From a virus (Duplodnaviria > Heunggongvirae > Uroviricota > Caudoviricetes): DNA of 64,000 nt. The notes under the pieces are model-generated. The model was given only the letters and a program-made list of their open reading frames with translations, was not told the origin of the DNA and did not search any database. Positions within the stretch are counted from its first letter, which is position 1, and every line of letters begins with the position of its first letter. Location: IMG/VR virus record IMGVR_UViG_3300028886_000053; one strand, written 5' to 3'. This document shows positions 8,631-18,004 of the stretch, piece after piece. The translations under genes and the position numbers were made by a program.

Positions 8631-8748
8631 ATAAAACAAAGTTTTATGATGTCAATTAATAAGGAAAAACTTTGTAAAAAACCTCATGCCATCACCTGAT
8701 ATTTATACTGGACATATTGACGAGTTCCAGTTATGCAAAATTGCAAAG

Positions 8749-8821
8749 TGGATCACCAGGGATTCGAACCCTGATTTGACGGGTTAAGAGCCCGCTGTAA
8801 TAGCCGTTATACGAGTAATCC
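8749..8821 (-). tRNA. tRNA-Lys (anticodon CUU)
   Basis: Acceptor GGATTAC/GTGATCC. Anticodon stem GCGGG/CCCGT, loop CTCTTAA. T-arm CAGGGTTCGAATCCCTG. Confidence 0.7.
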
Positions 8822-8830
8822 AAGGTAAAG

Positions 8831-8902
8831 TACGCCCGATGGGACTCGAACCCATGATATACAGGTTAAAAGCCTGCTGCCATACCACTTGGCTACGGAC
8901 GC
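8831..8902 (-). tRNA. tRNA-Lys (anticodon UUU)
   Basis: D-stem GCCA/TGGC. Anticodon stem GCAGG/CCTGT, loop CTTTTAA. T-arm ATGGGTTCGAGTCCCAT. Confidence 0.7.
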
Positions 8903-9050
8903 TTATTAAATTTATAAATGCCCGCAGGCTTACGTTTTCGTTTCATTTCTTTTTACCACCTTATAAATATATTATATAATAATTTTTTATTTTTTGCAAA
9001 TAAGCCGATAACGGGAATCGAACCCGTGTTTGAACCTTGCCTTACAATGC

Positions 9051-9407
9051 TTATAATGTATTTAATACCTCCTTTGCTTTATAATCTTCTAAATAAGACC
9101 AATTACTTCTTATTTCATGTTTTGTTAAATGAAGAGTTTTAGAAGTTGAACATTCTTTTATTGGAATCAAATAAAGTTCATTATCCCAAAATGTTGCAAA
9201 ATAGTCTATTTCTTTAGAGGTATAACCATTACTTTTATTTTGTTGCTTTGATGTTGTTACAGATACACATTTTATTTGAATAGCATCTTTTGTAGAAGGA
9301 TGAGGATGAGCAGTTTTTATTTGTATTTTTAATAATCTCCCTTTAACATCTACAATGCAATCATATCTGCTATCAGCATTTAAAGGTTGAGATACATCAT
9401 ATCCCAT
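9051..9407 (-). CDS. PD-(D/E)xK-like / homing-endonuclease-like protein (paralog of 973..1395)
   Basis: ORF track, 118 aa. The motif YDCIVDVKGRLLKIQIKT is shared with the copy at 973..1395. A T-arm-like hairpin (ACGGGAATCGAACCCGT) lies just 3' at about 9010-9030. Confidence 0.45.
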   Translation of the reverse strand: MGYDVSQPLNADSRYDCIVDVKGRLLKIQIKTAHPHPSTKDAIQIKCVSVTTSKQQNKSNGYTSKEIDYFATFWDNELYLIPIKECSTSKTLHLTKHEIRSNWSYLEDYKAKEVLNTL

Positions 9408-9479
9408 CTATATAAATCGCAACATAACTTGCATTTCTGTTATAAGACCTTTTTGATTTGTAGTATATTCCATTTTATT

Positions 9480-9960
9480 TTTATACACTATAAGTTTGTT
9501 AAGGCAAGGTCCCGTATTCACCACTATACGACATCGACAAAAACTAGGATATATGCGCACTCACCTAGACGACATTTTAGCACCTCGTCAGGCCGAGTCT
9601 ATTTTAGCTACCCACTCCCGAGGCCGCGTGTTTACCATACCGCAGGGATAGTTAGCTCTTAAGGCGGCACTAACAACAACCTCCCGTCCTAATTTTACAA
9701 CCAGTGGGTTGGCGGAGTTCTTTCTCAAGCGTCTACTTTTATCATAAAAGTAACAAACTCGATGGGTTACGGGCACCATCAGCTACGTCTATCCATGTTG
9801 TCGTACACAAATAGAGAAAAACGCCGCTATTGATAAAGCAGTAAATTCCTGGAATGTCCCAGCCAGTTAGGGACTAGGTACTTTCGTGCCTAGTTACCGG
9901 AGTTTCTTTTGAATAATATTTTAACTACTTAGATAATTACCTGTACCTCATTATCTTTTC
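9480..9960. ncRNA. GC-rich ORF-free structured region (candidate large ncRNA or degenerate intron). Identity unknown.
   Basis: GC content is locally far above the flanks. GNRA-type hairpins are present, e.g. CTAGGCACGAAAGTACCTAG. No credible ORF; 9588..9779 is compositional. Confidence 0.25.
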
Positions 9961-10000
9961 ATATAAAATACATTACAGGCTAACTCAACTTTATCCTTAA

Positions 10001-10073
10001 AGCCCCATGTGGGAGTTGAACCCACCTCCTTAGCTTGGAAGGCTAATATATTAAACCGATATACGAATGGGAC
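10001..10073 (-). tRNA. tRNA-Gly (anticodon UCC)
   Basis: Acceptor GTCCCAT/ATGGGGC. Anticodon stem TTAGC/GCTAA, loop CTTCCAA. T-arm GTGGGTTCAACTCCCAC. Confidence 0.65.
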
Positions 10074-10215
10074 AAATGCGAAATGCCTTGGCCTTCAGCA
10101 TTTCTATGCTTTTTTCTTGTCCTGTAAAAACTTTTAACAGCAGGGAATACATTGTTTTAAGAAATGGTATTCATCACTCTTTATATATATATTATATCAA
10201 AAATTTTTGAAAATA

Positions 10216-10596
10216 TCAATTAATAGCATATTTTTCAAGAAATTCGTCGGGATTATTAAAAAACATATCTTCTAATTCATTAAAATCCAAAGTAGGAAGT
10301 TTATTTTCATTCAACTGATGAATATCCCAAGCAGTATCTTCTCCATAAACTTCATCACGAATATTATCTACTTCTTCTCCACCTTCATCATAATCAATAT
10401 CTTCCCATTCACACTGGTCTTTAACGTCATCTTCAAGAGCATCAACAATATCTCCGTATTCATTGATTACTTCATAAGACATTTCCAATCCCAATGCTTC
10501 AGCTTCTTCTTCTGTGCCTTCAAAGATTTCATATCTTATCATTCCATGAAGTCCACCATAAAATTCATCATATCCTTTAATTGCCCAAATTGCCAT
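10216..10596 (-). CDS. highly acidic early protein (candidate DNA-mimic anti-restriction, Ocr/ArdA-like)
   Basis: ORF track, 126 aa, dominated by D/E runs (EDDVKDQCEWEDIDYDEGGEEVDNIRDEVYGED). It has its own consensus promoter at about 10600-10650 on the minus strand. Confidence 0.45.
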   Translation of the reverse strand: MAIWAIKGYDEFYGGLHGMIRYEIFEGTEEEAEALGLEMSYEVINEYGDIVDALEDDVKDQCEWEDIDYDEGGEEVDNIRDEVYGEDTAWDIHQLNENKLPTLDFNELEDMFFNNPDEFLEKYAIN

Positions 10597-10653
10597 ATAA
10601 ATTCCTTTCTTTTCTTTATTATGATATTATTATATCAAAAATTTTTAAAAACG

Positions 10654-10962
10654 TCAAAAAACTTCTGTCCAACCATAATGTTTTAAAAGTTGACGAATAT
10701 TATTAGCACCAACAGGATTCATTGAATGAATACGAAATTTACCAAAATAATTATATTCAACCAACCATTTGGCAATATCATAACCTGTTTTTCCTTCTCC
10801 TAAATCATGGTCAAAATCAATAACAAGAGAAGGAGCATAAGGAATTGTGGTCAAGGCGGCAATCGCTTCATCATACGATTTAACCCAGAGTGCATCCGGA
10901 ATAAGCGGCTGCCGTATGTCATCAATATAAATATAAATTTCTTTTTCTTTTTCCTTTTTCAT
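10654..10962 (-). CDS. hypothetical protein (DxD / DHD acidic motifs)
   Basis: ORF track, 102 aa. Confidence 0.4.
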   Translation of the reverse strand: MKKEKEKEIYIYIDDIRQPLIPDALWVKSYDEAIAALTTIPYAPSLVIDFDHDLGEGKTGYDIAKWLVEYNYFGKFRIHSMNPVGANNIRQLLKHYGWTEVF

Positions 10963-11010
10963 GGTATTATTATATCAAAAATTTTATAAAAAAACAAATA
11001 AAAATTGTCC

Positions 11011-11304
11011 TCACTTCATTATTGTTGAAGTTTTCCAATGTCTATAAAAAGATTTTAAAGTGGGATAACGACGAAGCCAATAAACATCATCTTTATTTGC
11101 TTCATACCATTCCTTTGCTTCATGCCAAGGCCAATAACTTATATAATCATGTATATCATAAGGTTCAAAAACTCGTCTATAAGATTTGCCACTAGGAACA
11201 TCATTTGTTCTACGAACCTTTTTATTGGCTTCTCGCTTTGCAAATTTAACTCTAGTAGGTCCACCGTCTTTAGTATAAGGATGTTTTTTATAAGAACGTG
11301 ACAT
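11011..11304 (-). CDS. hypothetical basic protein
   Basis: ORF track, 97 aa, K/R-rich. Confidence 0.4.
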   Translation of the reverse strand: MSRSYKKHPYTKDGGPTRVKFAKREANKKVRRTNDVPSGKSYRRVFEPYDIHDYISYWPWHEAKEWYEANKDDVYWLRRYPTLKSFYRHWKTSTIMK

Positions 11305-11337
11305 AATATTTTTCTCCTTTAGTTAAAAATACAACCA

Positions 11338-11417
11338 CATTAGGAATCGAACCTAAACTACTCCCTGCGGGGCGTGCTACGCGCTTAAATTAACTTCCAT
11401 TACACTATGTGGCTAGT
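11338..11417 (-). tRNA. tRNA-like gene with long variable region (type II-like). Anticodon unresolved.
   Basis: Acceptor AGCCACA/TGTGGTT. T-arm TTAGGTTCGATTCCTAA. The internal GC-rich segment does not give an unambiguous anticodon stem. Confidence 0.3.
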
Positions 11418-11706
11418 ACACCCCCAAGGAGTCGAACCTTGTGTACCTGGGTATAAGCCAGACCCCCAATACCGTCGAGGACGAGGTGCTTATGAATCCC
11501 AATATTTAGGATTCACATAATAATTATTTAAATATCCATTATAAAGAATTTTTCCACAATATTTACATCTCCAAGCACTTCGATAAATATGAGAAGTAGA
11601 AGTCTGATTAATTTTATCCCCATAAATATTACGAATAAATTCTATATTATTATGTTTGCAAAATAATTGTTTAATTTTTTTCATATTTATATAATTTGCT
11701 TTAAAT

Positions 11707-11817
11707 ATAATTCGGGCAAGGATTTGCACCTTGCATACCAATCTTATTTACAAACATACGTCACTTCATTGGCAAGCCGTCCATGTCTTTAAGCGTCTAC
11801 CTATTCCGCCACCGAAT
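11707..11817 (-). pseudogene. tRNA-Leu-like gene with an insertion of about 27 nt in the anticodon/variable region
   Basis: 5' half ATTCGGTGGCGGAATAGGTAGACGC nearly matches tRNA-Leu(UAA) at 4550..4632. 3' T-arm is CAAGGTGCAAATCCTTG plus acceptor. The middle is about 59 nt against about 32 expected. Confidence 0.3.
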
Positions 11818-13987
11818 CTATATATTAATCAATCAATCAATTCTCTCAACTCCTCTATCCACTCAATAGGAATAGGAAATCTTTGCTCTGAATATCGCTC
11901 CATTGCATCTAATATTTCTCTTATTCGAGTCTTATCATGTATATATTTAGGTTTTAAACCAAGAGGAGGCATAGGAACAGTAGTTGTTGGATAATCTATC
12001 TTCATTTCTATTTTTCCTCTTTTAATTCTTTTAATCCCGTCATTAAACAATGACAATAAATATTATTTTTTTTACTACATCTATCTGGACATCCTGTATC
12101 ATTACAATAAAGGCAACATTTAGAATACCCTTTATTTTCATCACAATCATTCAATGCACAATAAATATATTCGTCCTTCATATCATAAACTTTCGCTTAA
12201 CTGCTTCTTGATTTATAAAACTAGTAAATTTCATACAATCAGAATAATTCTTCCAATGAAAGATTAATAGATTTGTATCACGAAAGTAACGAATTTTATC
12301 AGCATGAAATGTATCTTTCAATAGAAGAACATAATCTGCGGGCGCTATACCTAACATCCTGGCTGGATACCACCATGTATTTGACCCATGCGCCAAATCT
12401 GATGTATCTCCAGTTTCCCACCCATATGGAGTTTGCCATTCTTTATATTTTAATAAATGACTCATAGATTTAATGAAGCTAGCAGAGTAGCGACATTCTC
12501 CTTCTCTTCTTCTGTCATTTCGACAGGCTTCTCAGCAACAGGTTCTGATGCGGTAGGAAATGCGCTTTCTACTGCTCCACTTCCTAGAATATTCTTTGCT
12601 GCGGTTAGAGTAACCTTGATTTCAATCGGGTTCCCGCCTTCATTCATCGGAATCCGCAAAATCTTGTTCTCATCTTCCCAAAATGAATTTGGATAAATTT
12701 CCTTTAACTTATTAAAAATTATATACTTTGACTCTGTACCTTTTGCGCCCATGTTATATAATCCCTCCAATTATCTGCAAAGTAACTTGAATTATAAGTT
12801 GTATATGTTTTGCCTGTTTCTGTTGAGTAGGTTGAATAGGAATGACGATTAATATTTTTCTTTCCTTCCTATCTCATTTTTCTTTTTGCAATATATCGTG
12901 CTTGTCTACGTGTTACAATATACTCTGTTGGTACTCTTGGGTCTTTCATTTTTCATCCTCTTTATTATACTATAAATTTTTATTTTTGTAAATTATACCG
13001 ATTTGATTCTATTTTAAAGTTTTTGCTAATGAAGAAACTTGTAAACAAAAAGAACAAGTAGAAACATTACAACGTTTATTACAATTTAATCGTTTCTATC
13101 CAAAATAAGGTATTAAATAATATGAGTCTGTATCCTCTTTAAAACCTTTAATAATTTCATTTAAAGGTCCCGCCCATCTTTTTCCATTATTATATAAATC
13201 ATATAACACATTTAAAGAATCTTTATCATATTCTGCATTAAAAAATTCTACCACATCTATATATTTATTATATAAATTTATATCTTCAGGTCTAATGAAA
13301 AATGTCCTTAAAGAATTGGTTTCTGGCCAAGAGAACTGACAAATATTACAAAATGTTCTTATTTTTTTATTTTTCTCTTGAGCTTTTTGTTTTATTATGT
13401 CCATAGAAAAACAAAGATCTTCAGTAACATATATATCTGTTACTGAGGTTTCTAATAATCCATTAAATATATCCCATCTATTAGCAAGAGTGAAATAGTA
13501 ATGCGGAAGCTGCTTCTCTGCCAGAAGAGTCTAGATTTCTTTAGCATAAAAAGGCTCTCTTATATCTGGTAATCGCATAACTAAGTCACATGTAGGATAT
13601 TTCTACCTAAATGCCAGGATTAAATCGGGGTCCCGCTCCTAATCAAAATCTCCCCAGCTATCAAAAATCAAATTAATACGTTTCTATTTATATTTTATAA
13701 TAAAATTTTCTAACTATTTTACTTTTGGTTTGTAGTGAATATCAATTTCCACATTTGGCTAATCAAAATAATCAAACTTCCTCGTATAAGGAATTGAAAA
13801 ATTCATCTTCTAACTCCTCCCTGGCAATAAAATCTTCGGGCGGATTCATCATGTACTCATCTCTTAAATCAGATTCCAGTTCAGCCATAAAAATAAAATC
13901 GTCCATATTTATCACCTCATATTTTATTATAATAATTATAACAAAAATTTTTTAAGATTACAAGTCCAAATTCTAAAAATCAATATA

Positions 13988-14659
13988 CTATTCCATATAA
14001 GAACTATAATCAATTAAAACAGGTTTTCCTTCTATTGTATAACCAATATTTCTTGAACCTAAATCATCATCCCACTCTTCATTTAAAAGAAAAGTAAGAA
14101 ATTGTTTTAATTTATATGCTCCATAATAATCTATAAAAGTATTTAACCATTGTGTATCATCAATAGGAAGACAATGTTTAAACCACTTACTAAATACCTT
14201 ACTACTTCTTTTTGAAGTTGTTTTATGCTTACTACGTACAGAACATTTAGGTTGAATATAAATACGAATTCCATTCTTAGTGCTATAAACTATATTAGTT
14301 TTAGCTAAATATTTAGAGAATCCATATTCTTCTGCAAAATCATACCTTTCTTCTTCTGCTTCACAATAGTCCCAAGTAGAAGTTGCGGGCGCACCATAGA
14401 AAAAGGCATAATCTCCCTTCCAGCTATCCCACTCGCTATTAAAAGGAATCTTAAAAACAAAATCTTCCTTTTCCATTATAATAACGAGTTTAGTAGCTCC
14501 ATAAGCGCATCTCCACTCCCCCATCTGATATTCTTCTGAATTTTCATAGAGATAATCTATAAAATCATCTACCGTACTACTATTAAAAAATTCATCAAAA
14601 GAATAACCTTCAATGTATTTTACTAATTTAGCAAAAGATAAACTGTTCTGCATCACCAT
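13988..14659 (-). CDS. hypothetical protein
   Basis: ORF track, 223 aa. Confidence 0.5.
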   Translation of the reverse strand: MVMQNSLSFAKLVKYIEGYSFDEFFNSSTVDDFIDYLYENSEEYQMGEWRCAYGATKLVIIMEKEDFVFKIPFNSEWDSWKGDYAFFYGAPATSTWDYCEAEEERYDFAEEYGFSKYLAKTNIVYSTKNGIRIYIQPKCSVRSKHKTTSKRSSKVFSKWFKHCLPIDDTQWLNTFIDYYGAYKLKQFLTFLLNEEWDDDLGSRNIGYTIEGKPVLIDYSSYME

Positions 14660-14707
14660 TTCTCCTTTTTTATCGTATACATATATTATACAATAAATTT
14701 TTTAAAA

Positions 14708-14734
14708 AATCAAAAAAGAGAGGTTATCCCTCTC
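14708..14734 (-). terminator. rho-independent terminator for gene 14724..15629
   Basis: Hairpin GAGAGG-TTAT-CCTCTC overlaps the TAA stop and is followed on the minus strand by TTTTTTG. Confidence 0.6.
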
Positions 14735-15629
14735 TTTTTATAATACAACGGTTAATAAGCGTCTGCTTAACTCCGTTATAAATTTTATGGTCTTTTACAG
14801 TACCAGTAAGGAGAACAGTTTCTCCAATTTCAATGTCAGGGTCAATACCTTTGCCAGAACAAAACCAAGTCAGAACATTATCTCCAAGTTTAAAGGTATA
14901 AACAAGAGAGACACCATAGTAACTTTCGATTGTGCGGCAACCGGTCAACATGACATGCAGGTCGCGAAGTCTCTGCTTAATCTCTCCAATAAATTCAGAG
15001 TTAGACTTAGGTATAGCCTCTGCTTTAGCGGCGTCCGCAATTTCCTTAGCATTTTCCTTTACAGAGATTTTTCTTGTAATAGGATTCCAGTCGCAAACTT
15101 CATCAAAAGGAACAGGAACAATGTTATAATCCGCAGGTACATCAACTGCATGTGTGCAGTACCAACCAAATTCAGGCTTATATTTACAACCGAGTCCTTT
15201 CAAAGTATCTTTGATAGCATAGGTATTTTCACCAATTACCAACCAAATCTGCGGATGCTCAGTTTCATAGCCTGCCTCTTCGAGAGCAATACGCAGATTA
15301 GACTCAGAATCTTCCTGGAGTTTAGCGACTTCCGCAGCCCTCTGTTCAGCCTTTCTTTCCTTTGCTCTTGCCTGGTTAGCAAGATATTTCTCGTATTCAT
15401 CAGGAGTATATGCTTTTACTCTCTTGCAGATTTTACCAGAACCTCCACATCCGTAGCAAACTCCGCCATCATAAGGAGAAAGGACAGGCTGACCATTATG
15501 AGTACCAAGAGCATAGTAACCAGCGCCGCCACATCTATCACAAACCATTTCGATAAGAGCTTTCTTTTCAACTTCATCAATATTAACAATAGTTGCGTTA
15601 GCGTATGAAGGAGCTACTCTATATTCCAT
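14724..15629 (-). CDS. hypothetical protein with N-terminal Cys4 zinc-ribbon pairs
   Basis: ORF track, 301 aa. CDRCGG...CYGCGGSGKIC. The antisense ORF 14787..15608(+) is rejected. Confidence 0.55.
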   Translation of the reverse strand: MEYRVAPSYANATIVNIDEVEKKALIEMVCDRCGGAGYYALGTHNGQPVLSPYDGGVCYGCGGSGKICKRVKAYTPDEYEKYLANQARAKERKAEQRAAEVAKLQEDSESNLRIALEEAGYETEHPQIWLVIGENTYAIKDTLKGLGCKYKPEFGWYCTHAVDVPADYNIVPVPFDEVCDWNPITRKISVKENAKEIADAAKAEAIPKSNSEFIGEIKQRLRDLHVMLTGCRTIESYYGVSLVYTFKLGDNVLTWFCSGKGIDPDIEIGETVLLTGTVKDHKIYNGVKQTLINRCIIKREG

Positions 15630-15707
15630 TTATATCACCTCTTTCGTTTGCTTTCTTTTCCTTACAATTATATTATATAAAAAATTTTTAAAATTTACAA
15701 TAGGACA

Positions 15708-15944
15708 TTAAAGCTGATTCATGACTGCTCTTGCAATTTCATGCTTTTCTGCGGCGGTCAGGTCTTCCAAGTCATACTTCTGGTTCAAATAGTTCTGAAC
15801 TTCAGGGTCATTAATGTTAATACCCTGACTTGCAAGTGCAGCATAATCTCGGATAATCCCGTTCAACCGCGCCTGCCGCGTATTAACAACTTCTGTTATT
15901 CCTTCCATTTCTGCCATGTAAAGAAAATAAGGTAAATTCATCAT
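15708..15944 (-). CDS. hypothetical protein
   Basis: ORF track, 78 aa. Confidence 0.4.
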   Translation of the reverse strand: MMNLPYFLYMAEMEGITEVVNTRQARLNGIIRDYAALASQGININDPEVQNYLNQKYDLEDLTAAEKHEIARAVMNQL

Positions 15945-15965
15945 ATTAATTACTCTCCTTTTTAA

Positions 15966-16262
15966 TTAATTAAAATAATCATCTTCAAAATAAATCCATC
16001 CTGTTTCGATGTTAATTAAATTAAATTTTTTTAAAATAATAATTTCTTCATCAGTAATGGATTTATATGAAATTCTTTCTTTTACTAAATAATTAAAATC
16101 TTCCCCATCTTCTAAGTTACCAAAACCCACTTTAAAACGTGTTTGCATTAGCCTAGGCATATCTTCGCCTTTAACAATCATATTTTGATAAATGTTCCCT
16201 TCGTCGCAAACATCTTCATAAAACTGGCAAAGATATTTTTTTTCTGGAAAATAATTATTCAT
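15966..16262 (-). CDS. hypothetical protein
   Basis: ORF track, 98 aa. Confidence 0.4.
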   Translation of the reverse strand: MNNYFPEKKYLCQFYEDVCDEGNIYQNMIVKGEDMPRLMQTRFKVGFGNLEDGEDFNYLVKERISYKSITDEEIIILKKFNLINIETGWIYFEDDYFN

Positions 16263-16307
16263 TTAAAATTCCTTTCTTTCTTTTTTACATTATTATTATA
16301 TAAAAAA

Positions 16308-16343
16308 ATTTTAAAAAAATAAAGGGAGAGATATTACTCTCCC
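16308..16343 (-). terminator. rho-independent terminator for the SPFH gene
   Basis: Hairpin GGGAGAG-ATATTA-CTCTCCC followed on the minus strand by TTTATTTTTTT. Confidence 0.6.
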
Positions 16344-17266
16344 CCTGTTGCAATATTATTCATGTCTATCATAGGCAAAGAGTTTCCTCCAATAACGGAA
16401 GGTCTCCAGTTTCCGATAGAGATTGCCTCTTGATGCTCAGCTTCAACTCGTCTTAGTTCAATTAACTGTGGAGTCAAAGATTCTGCAATCTTTTTGTTAG
16501 ATTCCGCCTCTGCATTTGCCTGAATTAATTTAGCATCAGCAACACCTTGCGCTTCAATACGAGCCTTTTCCGCATTAATTTCAGCAATTTCTTTATCTTT
16601 ATTTGCTTCTACTTTAGCCTTCTCGGCGTCTACTTTAGATTTTTCAAGTGCTTCTTGTGCCTGAATTTTTTCATCAATTGCTTGAGAAGTCTTTTCATCA
16701 GGACGTACATCTGCTAGTGCAATATTATCAATTGTAATACCATAATTTTTGAAACGTTCTGCAAGTCTTTCAGTAAGTGCAGTATTTACAACTCCTCTTT
16801 TGGTACTTACAATTTCCATCATAGTAAATTCCGGAGTAATTTCTTTAATCCAAGTCTGCATCTTAGGTTTAATAAAAGACTTCAAAATTTCTTTACCATC
16901 TTGTCCACGGAATCTTGCAAATGTTACTGGAACCTGTTCTAATTCAAAAGAATAAGAAAAAGCTACATCTGCATCAAGAGAAGCTCCTTCTTTTGTTGGA
17001 ATTTCAAAACTTTCATCTTCAGAAGAGTCCCCTTGTTTATCTGCTGTCATAAAAGAAGGTTCCAATGCAATTGAATATTTTGTTACCTTTTTAGTAGGTG
17101 AAACAAATTTCCAACCCTGCGTAAGAACTTCTTCTTCAACTCCACCGTTCATGTTATAAACAACACCTACATAACCTGCGGGGATTCTCTCCGTACAAGC
17201 TAGACCAATAATGATTATAAGTGCAATAATAATACCTGTAGCAATTCCACCAATTTTACCTTTCAT
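16334..17266 (-). CDS. SPFH / band-7 (stomatin-prohibitin-HflK/C-like) membrane protein
   Basis: ORF track, 310 aa. N-terminal TM helix, SPFH core, then a long A/E/K-rich coiled-coil tail typical of the family. Confidence 0.7.
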   Translation of the reverse strand: MKGKIGGIATGIIIALIIIIGLACTERIPAGYVGVVYNMNGGVEEEVLTQGWKFVSPTKKVTKYSIALEPSFMTADKQGDSSEDESFEIPTKEGASLDADVAFSYSFELEQVPVTFARFRGQDGKEILKSFIKPKMQTWIKEITPEFTMMEIVSTKRGVVNTALTERLAERFKNYGITIDNIALADVRPDEKTSQAIDEKIQAQEALEKSKVDAEKAKVEANKDKEIAEINAEKARIEAQGVADAKLIQANAEAESNKKIAESLTPQLIELRRVEAEHQEAISIGNWRPSVIGGNSLPMIDMNNIATGGE

Positions 17267-17269
17267 TCT

Positions 17270-17431
17270 TTAAAAATCTCCTTTTTCCTCATCATTATTA
17301 TTTGACATATTAAATTTTGTTTCTTCCCATAATCCGTAAAGAATTTTACCGATTTTAGGGAACCAAGAGTTGATACTAAACCATAGTACCACTCCACCTA
17401 ATATTACCAGTAAAAGAAACACTGGATTCAT
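17270..17431 (-). CDS. small membrane protein directly upstream of the SPFH gene (possible NfeD-like partner)
   Basis: 53-aa ORF MNPVFLLLVILGGVVLWFSINSWFPKIGKILYGLWEETKFNMSNNNDEEKGDF. Below the ORF-track cutoff. Its stop abuts the SPFH start. Confidence 0.35.
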   Translation of the reverse strand: MNPVFLLLVILGGVVLWFSINSWFPKIGKILYGLWEETKFNMSNNNDEEKGDF

Positions 17432-17437
17432 TTTTTA

Positions 17438-18001
17438 TCACTCCTTTTTTCTATTAATTACATTAAAGTGACAATGCTCCAACATATCCAATGCTTTTTC
17501 ATGCCATTCTGGAGTAGATCCAGCACAGCAGGCCGCATCAATAGTAATAGGAACATTTGGAAATGCTGCTTTTAATGTCATAGCATTAGCTAACACACAA
17601 AAGTCAGTATCAAGTCCTATAATTTCAATTTCTTCTACCTGCTCTAGCCGTAAAAGAAATTCATCTTCAGTATAAAAATCTTCCTCTGGATTCCAAGGAT
17701 AGCCAAATGTAGTTTTGCGGAAAACAAATTCATCTACATTTGGGTCCTTATTAGCATTATAAATTTCCGGTTTTATATTCCAACCATCCTCTCCAAATAA
17801 ACAATGGGGGATGGGGAGATGTTTACCTTCTTCTGTTTGTAAGTAATTAGACTTTTTATGGCTGTCTTGTGTATAAACAATTACATCTTTTTGCTGTTTA
17901 ATTTTTTCAATTACTTTAGGCACAATAGCCTGTGCTTCTGGAGAACCAAGCACTCCATCAATGAAGTCATTCTGCATATCAATTACAAATAAAAGTTTCA
18001 T
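17438..18001 (-). CDS. isochorismatase-family hydrolase, nicotinamidase (PncA)-like
   Basis: ORF track, 187 aa. Has FVIDMQNDF, GLDTDFCV and a Cys nucleophile (AACCAGS). Confidence 0.65.
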   Translation of the reverse strand: MKLLFVIDMQNDFIDGVLGSPEAQAIVPKVIEKIKQQKDVIVYTQDSHKKSNYLQTEEGKHLPIPHCLFGEDGWNIKPEIYNANKDPNVDEFVFRKTTFGYPWNPEEDFYTEDEFLLRLEQVEEIEIIGLDTDFCVLANAMTLKAAFPNVPITIDAACCAGSTPEWHEKALDMLEHCHFNVINRKKE

Positions 18002-18004
18002 ATA

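Noticed and set aside
360-10080. Integration module (integrase/attP) suggested by the many tRNA genes and a tRNA 3' fragment
   Set aside because: No tyrosine or serine recombinase-like ORF is present anywhere in the window. The tRNAs are intact, promoter-equipped phage genes rather than host attB remnants.
14787-15608. 273-aa plus-strand ORF
   Set aside because: It is fully antisense to the 301-aa minus-strand gene 14724..15629, which has a promoter, SD and terminator. Its product is low-complexity S/F/I-rich. This is a shadow ORF.
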